Below are positions 47,935-58,840 of a DNA stretch of 64,000 nt, piece by piece. The translations under genes were made by a program, and so were the position numbers. The notes below the pieces were generated by a model that was given only the letters and a program-made list of their open reading frames with translations, was not told the origin of the DNA and did no database searches. The number at the start of each line of letters is the position of its first letter. Position 1 is the first letter of the stretch. The DNA is from Amphiscolops sp. MND2022 (taxonomy: Eukaryota), in contig OZ076409.1 in assembly GCA_964187785.1 (NCBI GenBank), positions 78,742,001 to 78,806,000 on the forward strand, in the 5' to 3' direction.

Positions 47935-50900
47935 CTACTTCAGCCCTATAGTTAATATTGATACATATACGCGGCTATGCAAAACCACGTGAATACCAGT
48001 ACCCTCGAACATGCTCGTTAGAGTATGGTACAGGTTAACCAACGAGAAAGCCGGTCTCTCGGGATCCAGAATGGGTAGGTGGACCCGTGTGGATCCTTTA
48101 TCTATCAGGCGCTGTATCAAGTACGTCATGCAACGCAAGTAGTCATCTGTCAGCAGCGGTGCGCGCTGGTTAGCACGGACTATCAACAGGTGAATACGTT
48201 GGTTAGGGTTGGGGTTCACATCAGGCGGGATAGTAAGAATCTTGCCCACTTTAGGTCGTAAGGCAAATACATCTTCCATGCCGCACTCCCGCAGCACATA
48301 TCGCAGGGCGGCAGAGTTGGTCTTTAGGTCAGCAGGGCATGCTAACACTATGTCGCCCTCGGCCTGCAAGAAATCGGATTCATCGTAAGAGACGTGTTCG
48401 GCTGAATTCGGATACAGGGCTCCCGGGTAAACAATCTCTCGTCCGGGACCATTATCGGAGGGCAGACACACGTGAGGGGTACGCCCTTGGATTGCAGCCA
48501 GGTCTTGCCATACTGAGCGGGGCATCGCTCGATTGTCGCTGCCGGCCTTTACCCACGCATCTAAAGTTCCCAGGGCGGCTTTGGGGAACAAGGGGATCTC
48601 GAAGGTGTGAGTCCACTCATCTAATAGTCGAATTCTGGGATAGGTGGCGAAACATGTGATTATTAGTTCCAGCCACCACGTGAATTTCATCTTGCCTCGG
48701 TACCAGTCTATGATGTGGAAGCAAAGTATTAAGTCCACAGTGGTGAGGGTCCTCAGACTCTCCAGACAGGATAACAGACTCAACGGTTCCACCAGCGCCT
48801 CCACTCGTGGAGCTGTTACCAGCAGCCACCAGTGAGGAGCCGGGCTGTATACCCCTCCTGGTTCCACCTGGACTCCATACTTGTCGCATAACAAGTCAGC
48901 AGTGATGCATCGGACCATCTGCACAGGTTCCCTTTCAAAATTGAATGGTCCAAACGCAATATTGCTAGGCACAGGGGGCAACACCGTGGGCAGGGTAAAC
49001 TCCAGGCCCTTTCCATCGCTAGTCCACTCCTTAAACCTAGGACAAGGGGCCTTCGCTACCCCAGGCAGTGACAACTTCTCCAGGATAGTGTCCACAGGGT
49101 AGTCTCCGGACCGCTCTACAGCTGAGTAGGTTTTTTCGGCCCGCACCGTGAGGCGGTACACCAAGTTTTCTCTCTCTTCCGGAGGAACTCCCCGGGCTCC
49201 AATGGGAACCCTCCGGTTCTCATTCACAGCTAATAGGCAGACACAATCTCGCAGCCCACAGGTTCCACACCTGTAGCGCGGCTGCCGTTTACTCCTTAGT
49301 TGATACCTAAGAGCAGTTGCAGATGCTTCTGTTAGCGTCTCTGCAGTTCTGGGAGCTTCCGTTTCGGCCTGGACTGCAGTTTCAGTTTCGGCATTTCTCG
49401 GTGTTTCTTTTTTCCTTGTTCTTGCCTTCGCTCGAATCAGCCGTTTCTTCTGTGCCTTGGGTGGTCTCCCCCTCCCCCTTTTGAAAGAAGGAGCGGTCCC
49501 CGCTCCTGGCGAAGTCTCGGGAGCATCAGGCAGATCGGGCTGAACGTTGCTGTCGCTGCTGGCAGATTTGAGGGGAATCGGAGGGGCGGTCGGCCATATG
49601 GGATAGTTACTAAGAAAGTTGGTTAGCGAGGGATTCGTCAACAAGGATGCTGAGGTTCCTGGTAACGATGTCTCTTCTTCAGAGGATATCTGCGGAGACG
49701 GTGAGCGCACGCGCTCATGGTCAGAGAACAGTTGGGGTAGTACACGGGCAGGGGATATCGACTGATCCAATGTAGTCGGAGGAGCCGCAGGCTCCACCAT
49801 ATCCTCGTCAACGGGATTAGGAGGTATTGGCAACATGGCATCGGATAGTTCGTCGTCTGTACCCGAGGTGGAATAGTCAAATTGCTGATAATGCGGGCGG
49901 GAGCCGCCTGCGCGAAGTTTCGTGCGTAGTCGAGTGTCCATCCAGTGACGTCGACGTGAGGGCAAAGATGCATCGGACGCCTCTGAAAGTAGTTGTTCGG
50001 GTTTATACGACGATAAAGACTTGTCGTCATCAACTACGTCGACGGAACGTTCAGGTTCGGGGTCCATAAGAACCACCACCTCACCACTGTCCGAGTGTGC
50101 AGTAGCAAGTTCAAGTGGGCCACTGTGATGCGGTTTAAGACGTTCAAAATGAACCTTTTGACCTGTGTCTAGTACATAGACACGACCGTCCTGAAAAACT
50201 TGTACCACTTTGTGCGGGCCTCGCCAAGCACGCATCAATTTCGGGGAACCCTTTTGCGGTACGTAGCGGCAAAAAACCCAGACGAGCTCGCCTACTTGGT
50301 AAGCTCGCGCTTGTATAGCACGGTCGTACTTTAACTTTTGACGCAATTGGGCTTGGTGCGTGTTGCGCCGTACCAGGTCATGTATTTCCTGTTGGCGAGC
50401 CAGTACATGATCGACATACGCCTCATGCGACTCGAATGATTTGGCTGCAAACTCGGGATACAAGAACGTGAGAGGGATGGCCTTCTCTACGCCACGGGTC
50501 AGCATGTAGGGTGAGAAGCCAGTGGTAGCGTGCCTCGTAGAGTTGTAGGCACCCATGACCTCATCAAGACATTGGTCCCAATCGCGCATACGGCGGGAAC
50601 AAAAAACTCGCAGTAGGGTCAGCAGCGTCCGATTTTGGCGCTCGACCAAGCCTTGGGTTCTCGGATGGCTAGCTGTAGAGGTTACTTTGGTAACGTGGGC
50701 TGCTTTTAGGAATTCGTTGGACACCTCGGCAGTCAAATTAGGGGCATTGTCAGACTGCATCCTAGTGGGTGTGCCATGACGGGCGAACCACTTTTGTAAC
50801 AGCAACCGAGAGGTAGTCACAGCGTCGTAGTCATGATGACTACAGGGCACTGCTTCCGCGAACTTGGAGAAATGGTCAATTATGACCAAGATGCCAGTGT

Positions 50901-53900
50901 TATTACTGTCTGAGGGGCAGATCTTCAGATGATCATATTGAACCAATTCGTTGAAGTATCCGCTTTGGATGTTCTTTAGATGGAATCGGACGTCACCAGG
51001 CTTATCCCGAACTTGTTGACAGGTGAGGCATTGGCCAACGTAACGGCCCACGCTGCGCCGAATACCAGGCCATGTGTGACGTTCTTGAATCCTAGCCACC
51101 ACTTTGGAGATACCTTGATGTCCCATGGCGTCATGCGCGCGGAATAATATCTCATGCTGGTACAGTTGTGGCATGACGATCATGCACGGACGTTCGTGCA
51201 GGGGACGTTGGTTGGGAGGGTATTGTACGCAAAGTACACCATTCTTGTTGATAAACAGGAGGGTTTTCTTCTGGCGGTAGTAGTTGCGTGCGAACTCACG
51301 CACGTTCTCGGGAAACACGTCATGATCGATAGATTCGTTCAGCACCAACTTTTTGAGTGCTAGCACATGAACATCACGGTTTTGGGCTAGAATCAAATCT
51401 TTGATACCATGCATGGTGTGAGCATGTTCGTGAAGTTCAGTGTTGATATCTTTAAGAGCCATAATTGAGTCGCGCACACCCGAGGGAGTACCTTGCAACG
51501 CAACAGGATTCGCCCCAGCAATAGCATAGACGGTGCGTGAGGGTACATTTACGGCATGCGTTGGTAATAGATAATCTTCGCGTGCTTCATCAGTCACATC
51601 AATCCAGTCCTCAGGGTAGTCTGGATAGGCATCCTCGTGCGGTTGCAGAGCAAGGGAAGGCGGAGGTGGCAAGGGGGCTGCGAATGCTTTTGCTTGTCTG
51701 TCCCTCCTGCTCGCTCGTTTGGTGCGGCGAAGCACGCGTAGCAATTGGTTGGGAGCCTTAGGCTCCAAGTTCTGCAGGTGCGCAGGTAGCTCGGGATGAT
51801 TCGGGATGACTCGACCCTGAAGGTCGAACCATGGGGCAACAGGTAGTTTATCAAATTCGTCAGCTGAAAGAAAATTCCAGCGTTCGCCCGCAGCTGGCTG
51901 CTGTGCAAGCTGTTTCTCGCGGCATCGGTACTCGTTGGTTCGTTTGCTCAAGCCATCGGCGTTTCGATGCTGGGTTCTCGGGCGGTGTTCCACGCGAAAG
52001 TGATATTTCTCCAGGGTCATAATCCATCGGCCGATTAACGCTTGATCCGTGGAGTAGGTTTTCAACCAGGACAAAGCTTGGTTGTCCACCCGCAGGGTGA
52101 ATTTCCGGGGACATAGATAGCTGTGGTTCTTCACTATGAAATAGTAGGCGGCGAACATTTCAAGTTTGGGGGCTCCGTATTTGGCTTGTGTGGTGGTGAG
52201 CTTCTTGCTACCGTAAACTATCGGTCTCAGGCGTCGTTCACCCGGAGGACCTTGCCACTGGTGCAGGATACCCGAAATGGCGACAGCACTAGCGTCAGTG
52301 TCCAACACAAACTCTCCTTCGGAATCAGGCTGCGCGAGCGCAGTTGCCTCGATTAGGGCTTTTTTGATCTCATTGAATGCGGTTTGTTGCTCAGGACCCC
52401 AGGCGAAGGTGGCATTCAGTCCAGTGACGGCGTGCAGGGGTGCAACCAGCTTAGCGTGCCAAGGAATGAATTCGCGATAATAGTTGGCAAATCCAAGGAA
52501 ACTCTGCATCTCCATCTTGTTACGGGGAATTTCCCAATCGCGCAACTTGACGACGGCTTTTGGGTCGGGCTTCACTCCTTCTGCGGACACCACTCGTCCC
52601 AAATACTTGATTTCCGATTTCATGAAATCGCATTTGGCCACGCGCATTTTGAAGCCGGCTTCACCGAGACATTCAAAGACTTCACGTAGACGCACCATAT
52701 GGTCTTCCACAGTCTCCGTGGCAATCACGATATCATCAATGTAGGCCATGACCATGCTGCCCTCACGATTGACAATATTCCTTAGCGCGCGCGCTATTGA
52801 CCGCTGAAACGTGGCAGATGCATTGCACATACCAAATGGCATCCGCCGCCACTCAAAAAGTCCTAGTTCACAAGCAAAAGCGGTTTTGTGGCGATCCGCT
52901 TTTCGCACAGGAATTTGCCAAAAGGCCCAAGCAAGGTCTATGCTGGTATAGATCTTTGCCTTGCCTAGCCGTGCCAGGCTTTCATCGATGCGGGGCAAGG
53001 GATAAGCATCCTTAATGGTTACCTCATTTAACGGGCGGAAGTCGCAGCAAAAGCGTAACTCCCCGTTTTTCTTTTTTACCATTACAATGCCGCTCGCCCA
53101 AGGGGACAGCGAGGGCTGTATCATTCCCAGAGCCAAGAGGTTCCGTACCTCCTGATTGGCACGTTCGGCCTTCTCAGGGGACATCCGGCGAGCACCTTCG
53201 CGATGCGGTACAGCCCCTGGTTCCACCTCCACGGTGTGCTTAGCGATAGTGCACCGACCGATGTCTGCTTTGTGTTTCATGAACAGCTCATCGAATTCAT
53301 CGAGGAGGTTACGGAGAGATTCGCAGGCGCTAGCGCCCCACAAATCCTTGACCGCCTTGAGCTGAGATTCCGGCCCAGGAATCGGAGCCATTAGCTCTGG
53401 GTCCGTTCGCTTGCGAATCTCGCGCTCCGATAGTCCTGCCTCGCTAGGGTCAGTAGAGGACAAAAACTCAAATTCGGAAGAAGAGGTTAACTCAGAAGCA
53501 GTGGATAGATTCACTTCACTATAAATTTTATGAACAAAATTTGCACGACTGTCGTCGGCGTCAGTTTTTGTGCGGGTTGTGGTGGGAGAGTCCAAACATT
53601 GAGGTACTGCTTGGTATACTACCGTTACGGGTACTACGGTGCCCAGTTGTACACCACACCGCATGCGTTGAGGGTTGCTGGTGAGATTTATCAGGCTCAC
53701 AAAGAGTGTTCCTGTCTCACTGACAGTGGCCACGCTGTCCTCTAAAAAGACGACATTGTGCAACGTAGTGTCAGACAGAGAGGCATTGAGCGCTACGCTT
53801 TGAAAAATCAGCGGCTCTAGAGTGTTAGTGACGAGCTTGGCTCTAGCCACCGCTCGTTCGAAAGGTTGCAGGACCAAGTCACTGTCCAAAACGACTGGAG

Positions 53901-56900
53901 TAGCTATTGAAGTGTCACCTACCTGTGCGTGAGCATGATGCCACACAGGCTTCACTGGTGCTCGCACCACAATCTTCATAGACGTTAGATCCACTAACAC
54001 CTGGTAGGATCGAAGAAAGTTCCGGCCAAGCAGGAAGTCTTCCACACCCATTGCATCATCTACCACCACAAAGTTAGTTTCAAGTTCGTATCCTCCCAGC
54101 TGGAAATGGATGTGTTCTGCGAGGCCGTAGGTCTTTATTGTCTTTCCGTTGGCTGCGTACAGGTCAACTTGGTAGGGTTTAAGTACCGTTCCAGTTCGAG
54201 CTGCCACTCTGTTGAAGGCGGAAAACGTCAGTATGGAGACGCCCGAGCCGGTGTCCACCAGCCCTCGCAGCGGAATAGGTGCTGCATGAGGCACCATGAA
54301 AGAGACTACGAGCGACGCACGCTCATCTATACGCGCTTCGCCGGTGGGCTCCTGATGATTGATGTTATAGCATTTGAGCTCCTGGGGACCCAGACAAATG
54401 CCAGGGGGAAATACATCCACCACCACACAGGCTTCGAATTTCATATCCACTCCATCCATTGAAGCGCAGACTGGCACTGGGGAATACGTCGTCAGAGTCG
54501 CAGACTCTCCCGGAGCGTACCATTCTTTCGGTCGAGGTAACTCGTTTCGTTTATAGAGGATAGACAACTCGACCCATAGCTTCGCCAGAGTTAGCGTCGG
54601 CCTACGCGTTTGCTCAGCTGCCAGCAACAGGTGAATTGAAATTAGCGTACGTCCTTGCGGATCGAACGTTGTGGGTTCCAAGCAGGTCTGAACTTGCTTG
54701 GCACCACAAGTGAATGTCATTGGAGTGTGAAACGCAGGCGGTTCCGCTGGATGTAGCATTAACACGCGGTCATCCTCCAAAGGTACGGTGTGCGCGGCGA
54801 TGCCAGCTGATTCGACCTCAGCCCATCGATTGTAGGCTAATTCGTCACTGGGTTTCGGCGCATGGGAGTGCTCACCACATTGCACTTCAGCCTGATCGAA
54901 AAGGCCACAGCTCGCGCATTGATAGATCCCCGGATGACCTTCAAGGATACCATCGGTCGTGTCTTCCGTGGTCACCTTTACGCCCTCTGGTTCGGAGGCA
55001 GTCATTGGTTTTCGGGCTTGGTCACGATTGGGGCACTCGCGAGCAAAATGTCCGTTTTGCCCACAGTGAAAGCAAGCACCTACTGGCGCTCGGGCGGGAG
55101 CTGGGACGGCCGGAGCTGGGACATTTTGGGGGGGCGCTGGAGGTGGCAAGACGCCCTGCGGCATAACCATCTTGTTCGGCGGCAGTGGTGCGAAAGGATG
55201 AGGTCTAGACCTCATGGCTAATCGGGGATCATAGGGTTGTTGAGGTTGGGTGGGTCTGGGACGATTGCGTTGCAGCTGACGTGTGGTGAATCGCAAGGAC
55301 TCCACGGTAGGGGGCTCGGTAAGAAAAGTCTCCGAGGCGTATACTATGGCAAGTTCACGCCTCAGCACTGGATCTCGCACACCTTCCATGAAGCGTTGCA
55401 AGATTTCATAGCGTTTGGTAATGATACTTTCTTGCGGGAATCCTTGGCTCCTGAGACCCTCTAAAGCGTCTAAGTACTGCATCCAGTCCTCTTTTTCTTG
55501 TTGGACGCGGCTTTGGAAGGTCTGCCGCACCTGCATGCGATTTCCTCCCGCGCCAAATCGGCTAGATAGCAACTCGAACACCTTCTCGGGGGTGTCACGT
55601 TCAGACTCTGCCTTGTTGATGATGTAGTTGCGAGCCTCACCTTCGAGGTGACCGATAATGCTCCAGGCCCGATCTTCGGCCGAGATTTTGGTTTGGATTC
55701 TCTTTAAGTATCGCTGCATTACTAGGATCCAGCCATCAATAGACCCGTCCTTAGAGCCTCGATACACGCTGGGTTTGGTTTGAGCCAGGTCACGTCCCGC
55801 AAGTAACGGTGCCAGTTCTTTGGACATTGCTTTGGAAATGGCGGCAGTGAACCTCAATTGCTCAGGAGAGATGACTTCAGCCTCTCCTTCCTTGGTTGCC
55901 ACATCATCAGTACCGTCGTCACTGCCATGCGTAGCTCGCACTGAGAGGTTCGTCACGTCTTCTTTCCTGCGAGTGCTACTCGCGCAAGGAGCGCCCGAGG
56001 GCATCCCGTCCTCAGCTGTCCAGTCGGCGGTCAGATACAGGGAGTCCGTTCCGGAAACCATGGTAGGGGCCGTCGCATACGCAGCTCCATCAGTCTGGGA
56101 CCCTAGTGTGGCCTTAGTACAGGATAAATCAACTTCGGTAGAAGTATCTAGATAGATAGGTGACATCTGGTCCACACCTTGGTCTCGGGTGGCACTTCGA
56201 ACCATGGAGGATGTCATTTGGCTCATCGACGAGGAGTCGTGGGGTCCTCTTACCTGCACCCGTGCAGGTTTGCGCTCCACAGCAGCCATGATGGGCACAG
56301 GATCCCTGGTTCGGGTTTCAGGCGTTGTCGACTTGGAGGTGCTGGGCTTCAATACGCTCGCCAACTCGGGTTTTGTTGCCTGACTCCGGTGCGATGATTC
56401 CGTGGCCTTCATTGAATCCGCGATCGGCACACCTTCAGTGGCACCAGCTTGTCGTGGGAGGGACCTTTCGCGCCTCATGATGTTGATAGCATTGAGCACA
56501 GTGTGCATTTGGTTACTCAAATCATTGATCTGGGTTTCCACACGAAGTTCACGGGCCATCAAAAGGTCATTCATCTCACCCATTCTGTAGCCTAGTGCAT
56601 CTACGCGAGCGCTCTGCGTGTTCTGCGCGGTTCGCAGTTGATCACTGACCTGCAGACCTTCTCGCATCGTTGTCTGCAATGTTCTCATATTTTCTGCGAT
56701 GGCACGGTGTTGGTCATTGCATCCAGCACGAGTGCTAGCCAGTTCAGCTAAGGCACGTTGGGTCTCGGCTTGGGCTTCCAATATTGCGGCTTTGTACACC
56801 GAAGATCGTTGGGATGATGCTACTGAACCTGCCACGCTCCTCCTACGAGGCACCTCAACTTGACGTTCACCTACATTTATCATGGGTGGTCGCACTTTCT

Positions 56901-57351
56901 TGTGTTTGCCATAAGCACAAACTCTAGCGTTACCTCGAGTGATTCCAGACCCTTGCGGTCTCGCACCACTCGTGTTTTCTGAGTGGGTAAGATCCTCATC
57001 CACCATGATCTGTAGGCGAGAGCTCATTTTTTCCCCTGGGGGTGCGCGAGAGCACCCTTCCTCCGCTGCAAGTTCGTTGGTCACGTTTGAGTTGGGCCAC
57101 TCTTCTTCTGCTTCATTGGCTCTTTCACGACAGATTTCTTCGACCCATTGTTCGGTTCGACGAGAGCTTCCAGATGCAACGGAACCCTCGGAGGGAGGGA
57201 CCATGGCGGCCAGTTCCTCCTTTCGTTGTTGCTCGATAGTGACTTCGTCAGACATTTCGTCTGAAAAATGCGAACCGTCCATTGTGGATCCTATGGTCAC
57301 CCATGACTGCGAACTCATGTCAAGCTTTTTCAGGCCTGGTAGGACCATTAC
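47935..57351 (-). CDS. gag-pol: Single-frame Gag-Pol polyprotein of element E (about 3140 aa) with a long C-terminal extension
   Basis: CFHCGQNGHFAREC knuckle, LVDTGS, FCCDFRPLN, YIDD, TDAS, HDAMGH..CLTC, QYD/QSD/VER, GPHKV; then an AT-hook-like KRGRGRPPK, CGTCGLRDCVC and a macro-like domain. Confidence 0.97.
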   Translation of the reverse strand, partial: VMVLPGLKKLDMSSQSWVTIGSTMDGSHFSDEMSDEVTIEQQRKEELAAMVPPSEGSVASGSSRRTEQWVEEICRERANEAEEEWPNSNVTNELAAEEGCSRAPPGEKMSSRLQIMVDEDLTHSENTSGARPQGSGITRGNARVCAYGKHKKVRPPMINVGERQVEVPRRRSVAGSVASSQRSSVYKAAILEAQAETQRALAELASTRAGCNDQHRAIAENMRTLQTTMREGLQVSDQLRTAQNTQSARVDALGYRMGEMNDLLMARELRVETQINDLSNQMHTVLNAINIMRRERSLPRQAGATEGVPIADSMKATESSHRSQATKPELASVLKPSTSKSTTPETRTRDPVPIMAAVERKPARVQVRGPHDSSSMSQMTSSMVRSATRDQGVDQMSPIYLDTSTEVDLSCTKATLGSQTDGAAYATAPTMVSGTDSLYLTADWTAEDGMPSGAPCASSTRRKEDVTNLSVRATHGSDDGTDDVATKEGEAEVISPEQLRFTAAISKAMSKELAPLLAGRDLAQTKPSVYRGSKDGSIDGWILVMQRYLKRIQTKISAEDRAWSIIGHLEGEARNYIINKAESERDTPEKVFELLSSRFGAGGNRMQVRQTFQSRVQQEKEDWMQYLDALEGLRSQGFPQESIITKRYEILQRFMEGVRDPVLRRELAIVYASETFLTEPPTVESLRFTTRQLQRNRPRPTQPQQPYDPRLAMRSRPHPFAPLPPNKMVMPQGVLPPPAPPQNVPAPAVPAPARAPVGACFHCGQNGHFARECPNRDQARKPMTASEPEGVKVTTEDTTDGILEGHPGIYQCASCGLFDQAEVQCGEHSHAPKPSDELAYNRWAEVESAGIAAHTVPLEDDRVLMLHPAEPPAFHTPMTFTCGAKQVQTCLEPTTFDPQGRTLISIHLLLAAEQTRRPTLTLAKLWVELSILYKRNELPRPKEWYAPGESATLTTYSPVPVCASMDGVDMKFEACVVVDVFPPGICLGPQELKCYNINHQEPTGEARIDERASLVVSFMVPHAAPIPLRGLVDTGSGVSILTFSAFNRVAARTGTVLKPYQVDLYAANGKTIKTYGLAEHIHFQLGGYELETNFVVVDDAMGVEDFLLGRNFLRSYQVLVDLTSMKIVVRAPVKPVWHHAHAQVGDTSIATPVVLDSDLVLQPFERAVARAKLVTNTLEPLIFQSVALNASLSDTTLHNVVFLEDSVATVSETGTLFVSLINLTSNPQRMRCGVQLGTVVPVTVVYQAVPQCLDSPTTTRTKTDADDSRANFVHKIYSEVNLSTASELTSSSEFEFLSSTDPSEAGLSEREIRKRTDPELMAPIPGPESQLKAVKDLWGASACESLRNLLDEFDELFMKHKADIGRCTIAKHTVEVEPGAVPHREGARRMSPEKAERANQEVRNLLALGMIQPSLSPWASGIVMVKKKNGELRFCCDFRPLNEVTIKDAYPLPRIDESLARLGKAKIYTSIDLAWAFWQIPVRKADRHKTAFACELGLFEWRRMPFGMCNASATFQRSIARALRNIVNREGSMVMAYIDDIVIATETVEDHMVRLREVFECLGEAGFKMRVAKCDFMKSEIKYLGRVVSAEGVKPDPKAVVKLRDWEIPRNKMEMQSFLGFANYYREFIPWHAKLVAPLHAVTGLNATFAWGPEQQTAFNEIKKALIEATALAQPDSEGEFVLDTDASAVAISGILHQWQGPPGERRLRPIVYGSKKLTTTQAKYGAPKLEMFAAYYFIVKNHSYLCPRKFTLRVDNQALSWLKTYSTDQALIGRWIMTLEKYHFRVEHRPRTQHRNADGLSKRTNEYRCREKQLAQQPAAGERWNFLSADEFDKLPVAPWFDLQGRVIPNHPELPAHLQNLEPKAPNQLLRVLRRTKRASRRDRQAKAFAAPLPPPPSLALQPHEDAYPDYPEDWIDVTDEAREDYLLPTHAVNVPSRTVYAIAGANPVALQGTPSGVRDSIMALKDINTELHEHAHTMHGIKDLILAQNRDVHVLALKKLVLNESIDHDVFPENVREFARNYYRQKKTLLFINKNGVLCVQYPPNQRPLHERPCMIVMPQLYQHEILFRAHDAMGHQGISKVVARIQERHTWPGIRRSVGRYVGQCLTCQQVRDKPGDVRFHLKNIQSGYFNELVQYDHLKICPSDSNNTGILVIIDHFSKFAEAVPCSHHDYDAVTTSRLLLQKWFARHGTPTRMQSDNAPNLTAEVSNEFLKAAHVTKVTSTASHPRTQGLVERQNRTLLTLLRVFCSRRMRDWDQCLDEVMGAYNSTRHATTGFSPYMLTRGVEKAIPLTFLYPEFAAKSFESHEAYVDHVLARQQEIHDLVRRNTHQAQLRQKLKYDRAIQARAYQVGELVWVFCRYVPQKGSPKLMRAWRGPHKVVQVFQDGRVYVLDTGQKVHFERLKPHHSGPLELATAHSDSGEVVVLMDPEPERSVDVVDDDKSLSSYKPEQLLSEASDASLPSRRRHWMDTRLRTKLRAGGSRPHYQQFDYSTSGTDDELSDAMLPIPPNPVDEDMVEPAAPPTTLDQSISPARVLPQLFSDHERVRSPSPQISSEEETSLPGTSASLLTNPSLTNFLSNYPIWPTAPPIPLKSASSDSNVQPDLPDAPETSPGAGTAPSFKRGRGRPPKAQKKRLIRAKARTRKKETPRNAETETAVQAETEAPRTAETLTEASATALRYQLRSKRQPRYRCGTCGLRDCVCLLAVNENRRVPIGARGVPPEERENLVYRLTVRAEKTYSAVERSGDYPVDTILEKLSLPGVAKAPCPRFKEWTSDGKGLEFTLPTVLPPVPSNIAFGPFNFEREPVQMVRCITADLLCDKYGVQVEPGGVYSPAPHWWLLVTAPRVEALVEPLSLLSCLESLRTLTTVDLILCFHIIDWYRGKMKFTWWLELIITCFATYPRIRLLDEWTHTFEIPLFPKAALGTLDAWVKAGSDNRAMPRSVWQDLAAIQGRTPHVCLPSDNGPGREIVYPGALYPNSAEHVSYDESDFLQAEGDIVLACPADLKTNSAALRYVLRECGMEDVFALRPKVGKILTIPPDVNPNPNQRIHLLIVRANQRAPLLTDDYLRCMTYLIQRLIDKGSTRVHLPILDPERPAFSLVNLYHTLTSMFEGTGIHVVLHSRVYVSILTIGLK

Positions 57352-58567
57352 ACACAATGCCAATGGCAGGGCAGGCGTCAACGATTCGGACGTAGCCTTT
57401 AAAGAAGCCTCGAAAAACGCGGGATTTGTCGAGTCGCTGCTAGCTCTAGGTTCGTCTCGGTGTGGACTTAAGAAATTTGACTGTTTCGCAACGTCCCAAA
57501 TTTCTCGAAATACGTTTTAAGGCTCGTAGGCTGTTCAAATTTGCACAGCGCTTTTCCACAAGCACACTGGGCCAGAAAATCAACCTGGTTCAGGGCAAAG
57601 CGTCTCCGGTCACTCACAGGAAGAATTTCAAAGATTTTTTGGATTTTCCAAAATTTGCACTACAACACTCAAGAGGCTCGTGTGTGCGCTGGAAGCGTCG
57701 TATCAAGCCCAAACTTGACCAGCAGATCTTAAGTACACGTAGGTTTGCGAAAATGAACACAGTTTTGAGCTGCGCCGCTTCTACACAGTTTCACCTAGGT
57801 ACAGACGTGCGGTACCACTATGTACCGAAATACACTGTTTTTCACGTCTTTTTCAAGATTGCGGTCCACTGAAAAAAGCTAGCAAGCTCAAATTCTCTGC
57901 AACGACGTGGGAACTAGCACAGATTACGATGGTAGGCTACAATATGGCCCCACCCGTTGGCTAAGGTACCCGGGTTACTTGGAAAAATTAAGAAAAAACT
58001 GCCTTTTTGCACGCCTTTTTGGGTGCCACGTTTTTCCTATTTTCTCAACAAGTATCACACAAATCGGCACCAAACTTGGTAGTTTATGCCTGTGGGCACC
58101 TACAATGCCACTGATAAGGTCGAATTGAAGCGCGAGCGCTTATTTGAGGTTTCGACCCACTATGTACGTTGTACACAAAAAACACTGTTTTTGACGACTT
58201 TTTTCACAAATTGACCAAGAGGACCACATTAGAAAGTGATACGGCGGGCAAAATGGGACCAACGCGTCGCCCCACTAGCCGTAGCACTGGGATAAACCCT
58301 CAATTGGTTGTGCCCGTTGGATATAAGGCACTGACAGTCCTGCAGTTTTGGATTTTTTCGGCTTTTTCAGCTTCTCTGGAGTCAAAACGTCAGAGAGCTT
58401 TTCTCAACTTTGGGGAACGATACGCCCACCAAATTTTTGGCACTAACGTTACTTTTTGTGGTGGTTGCGAAAATGCAACCACTTTTTGGCTAGGGTTCAG
58501 GAATCGATGACCCGACCCCAGCTCAGAGACAGTCCGGTTTTGTGGAAAATTGATCAAGTCCAGTGCG

Positions 58568-58840
58568 TTTTTCCACTTTTCTCAGCACTGAGTGGGAGTT
58601 TTTGCACGCGGTTTTCACCACAATGCGTTATTTTTATTATAGAAACAGAAAATGAGAGCGCGGAAGCTCCTAGCTAACAAAAAGACAGAGTGCCCAAGGG
58701 GTTTTAATTGTGTACCCAGACACTCCTGAAACTGACTAAAAATCAAGGTTTTTCAACTTTTCTCAACACTGAATGGGAGTTTTTGCACGCGGTTTTCACC
58801 ACAATGCGCTATTTTTGTTGCTAGAACGGAAAATAAGAGC
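58568..58840. repeat. Two direct repeats (about 60-90 bp, about 181-bp period) in the 2.7-kb leader of element E
   Basis: ACTTTTCTCArCACTGArTGGGAGTTTTTGCACGCGGTTTTCACCACAATGCG at 58575 and 58756. Confidence 0.85.

Noticed and set aside
47935..57520. Many + strand ORFs opposite gag-pol of E (and opposite pol of C and D)
   Set aside because: Shadow ORFs of long coding frames with no domain signal.
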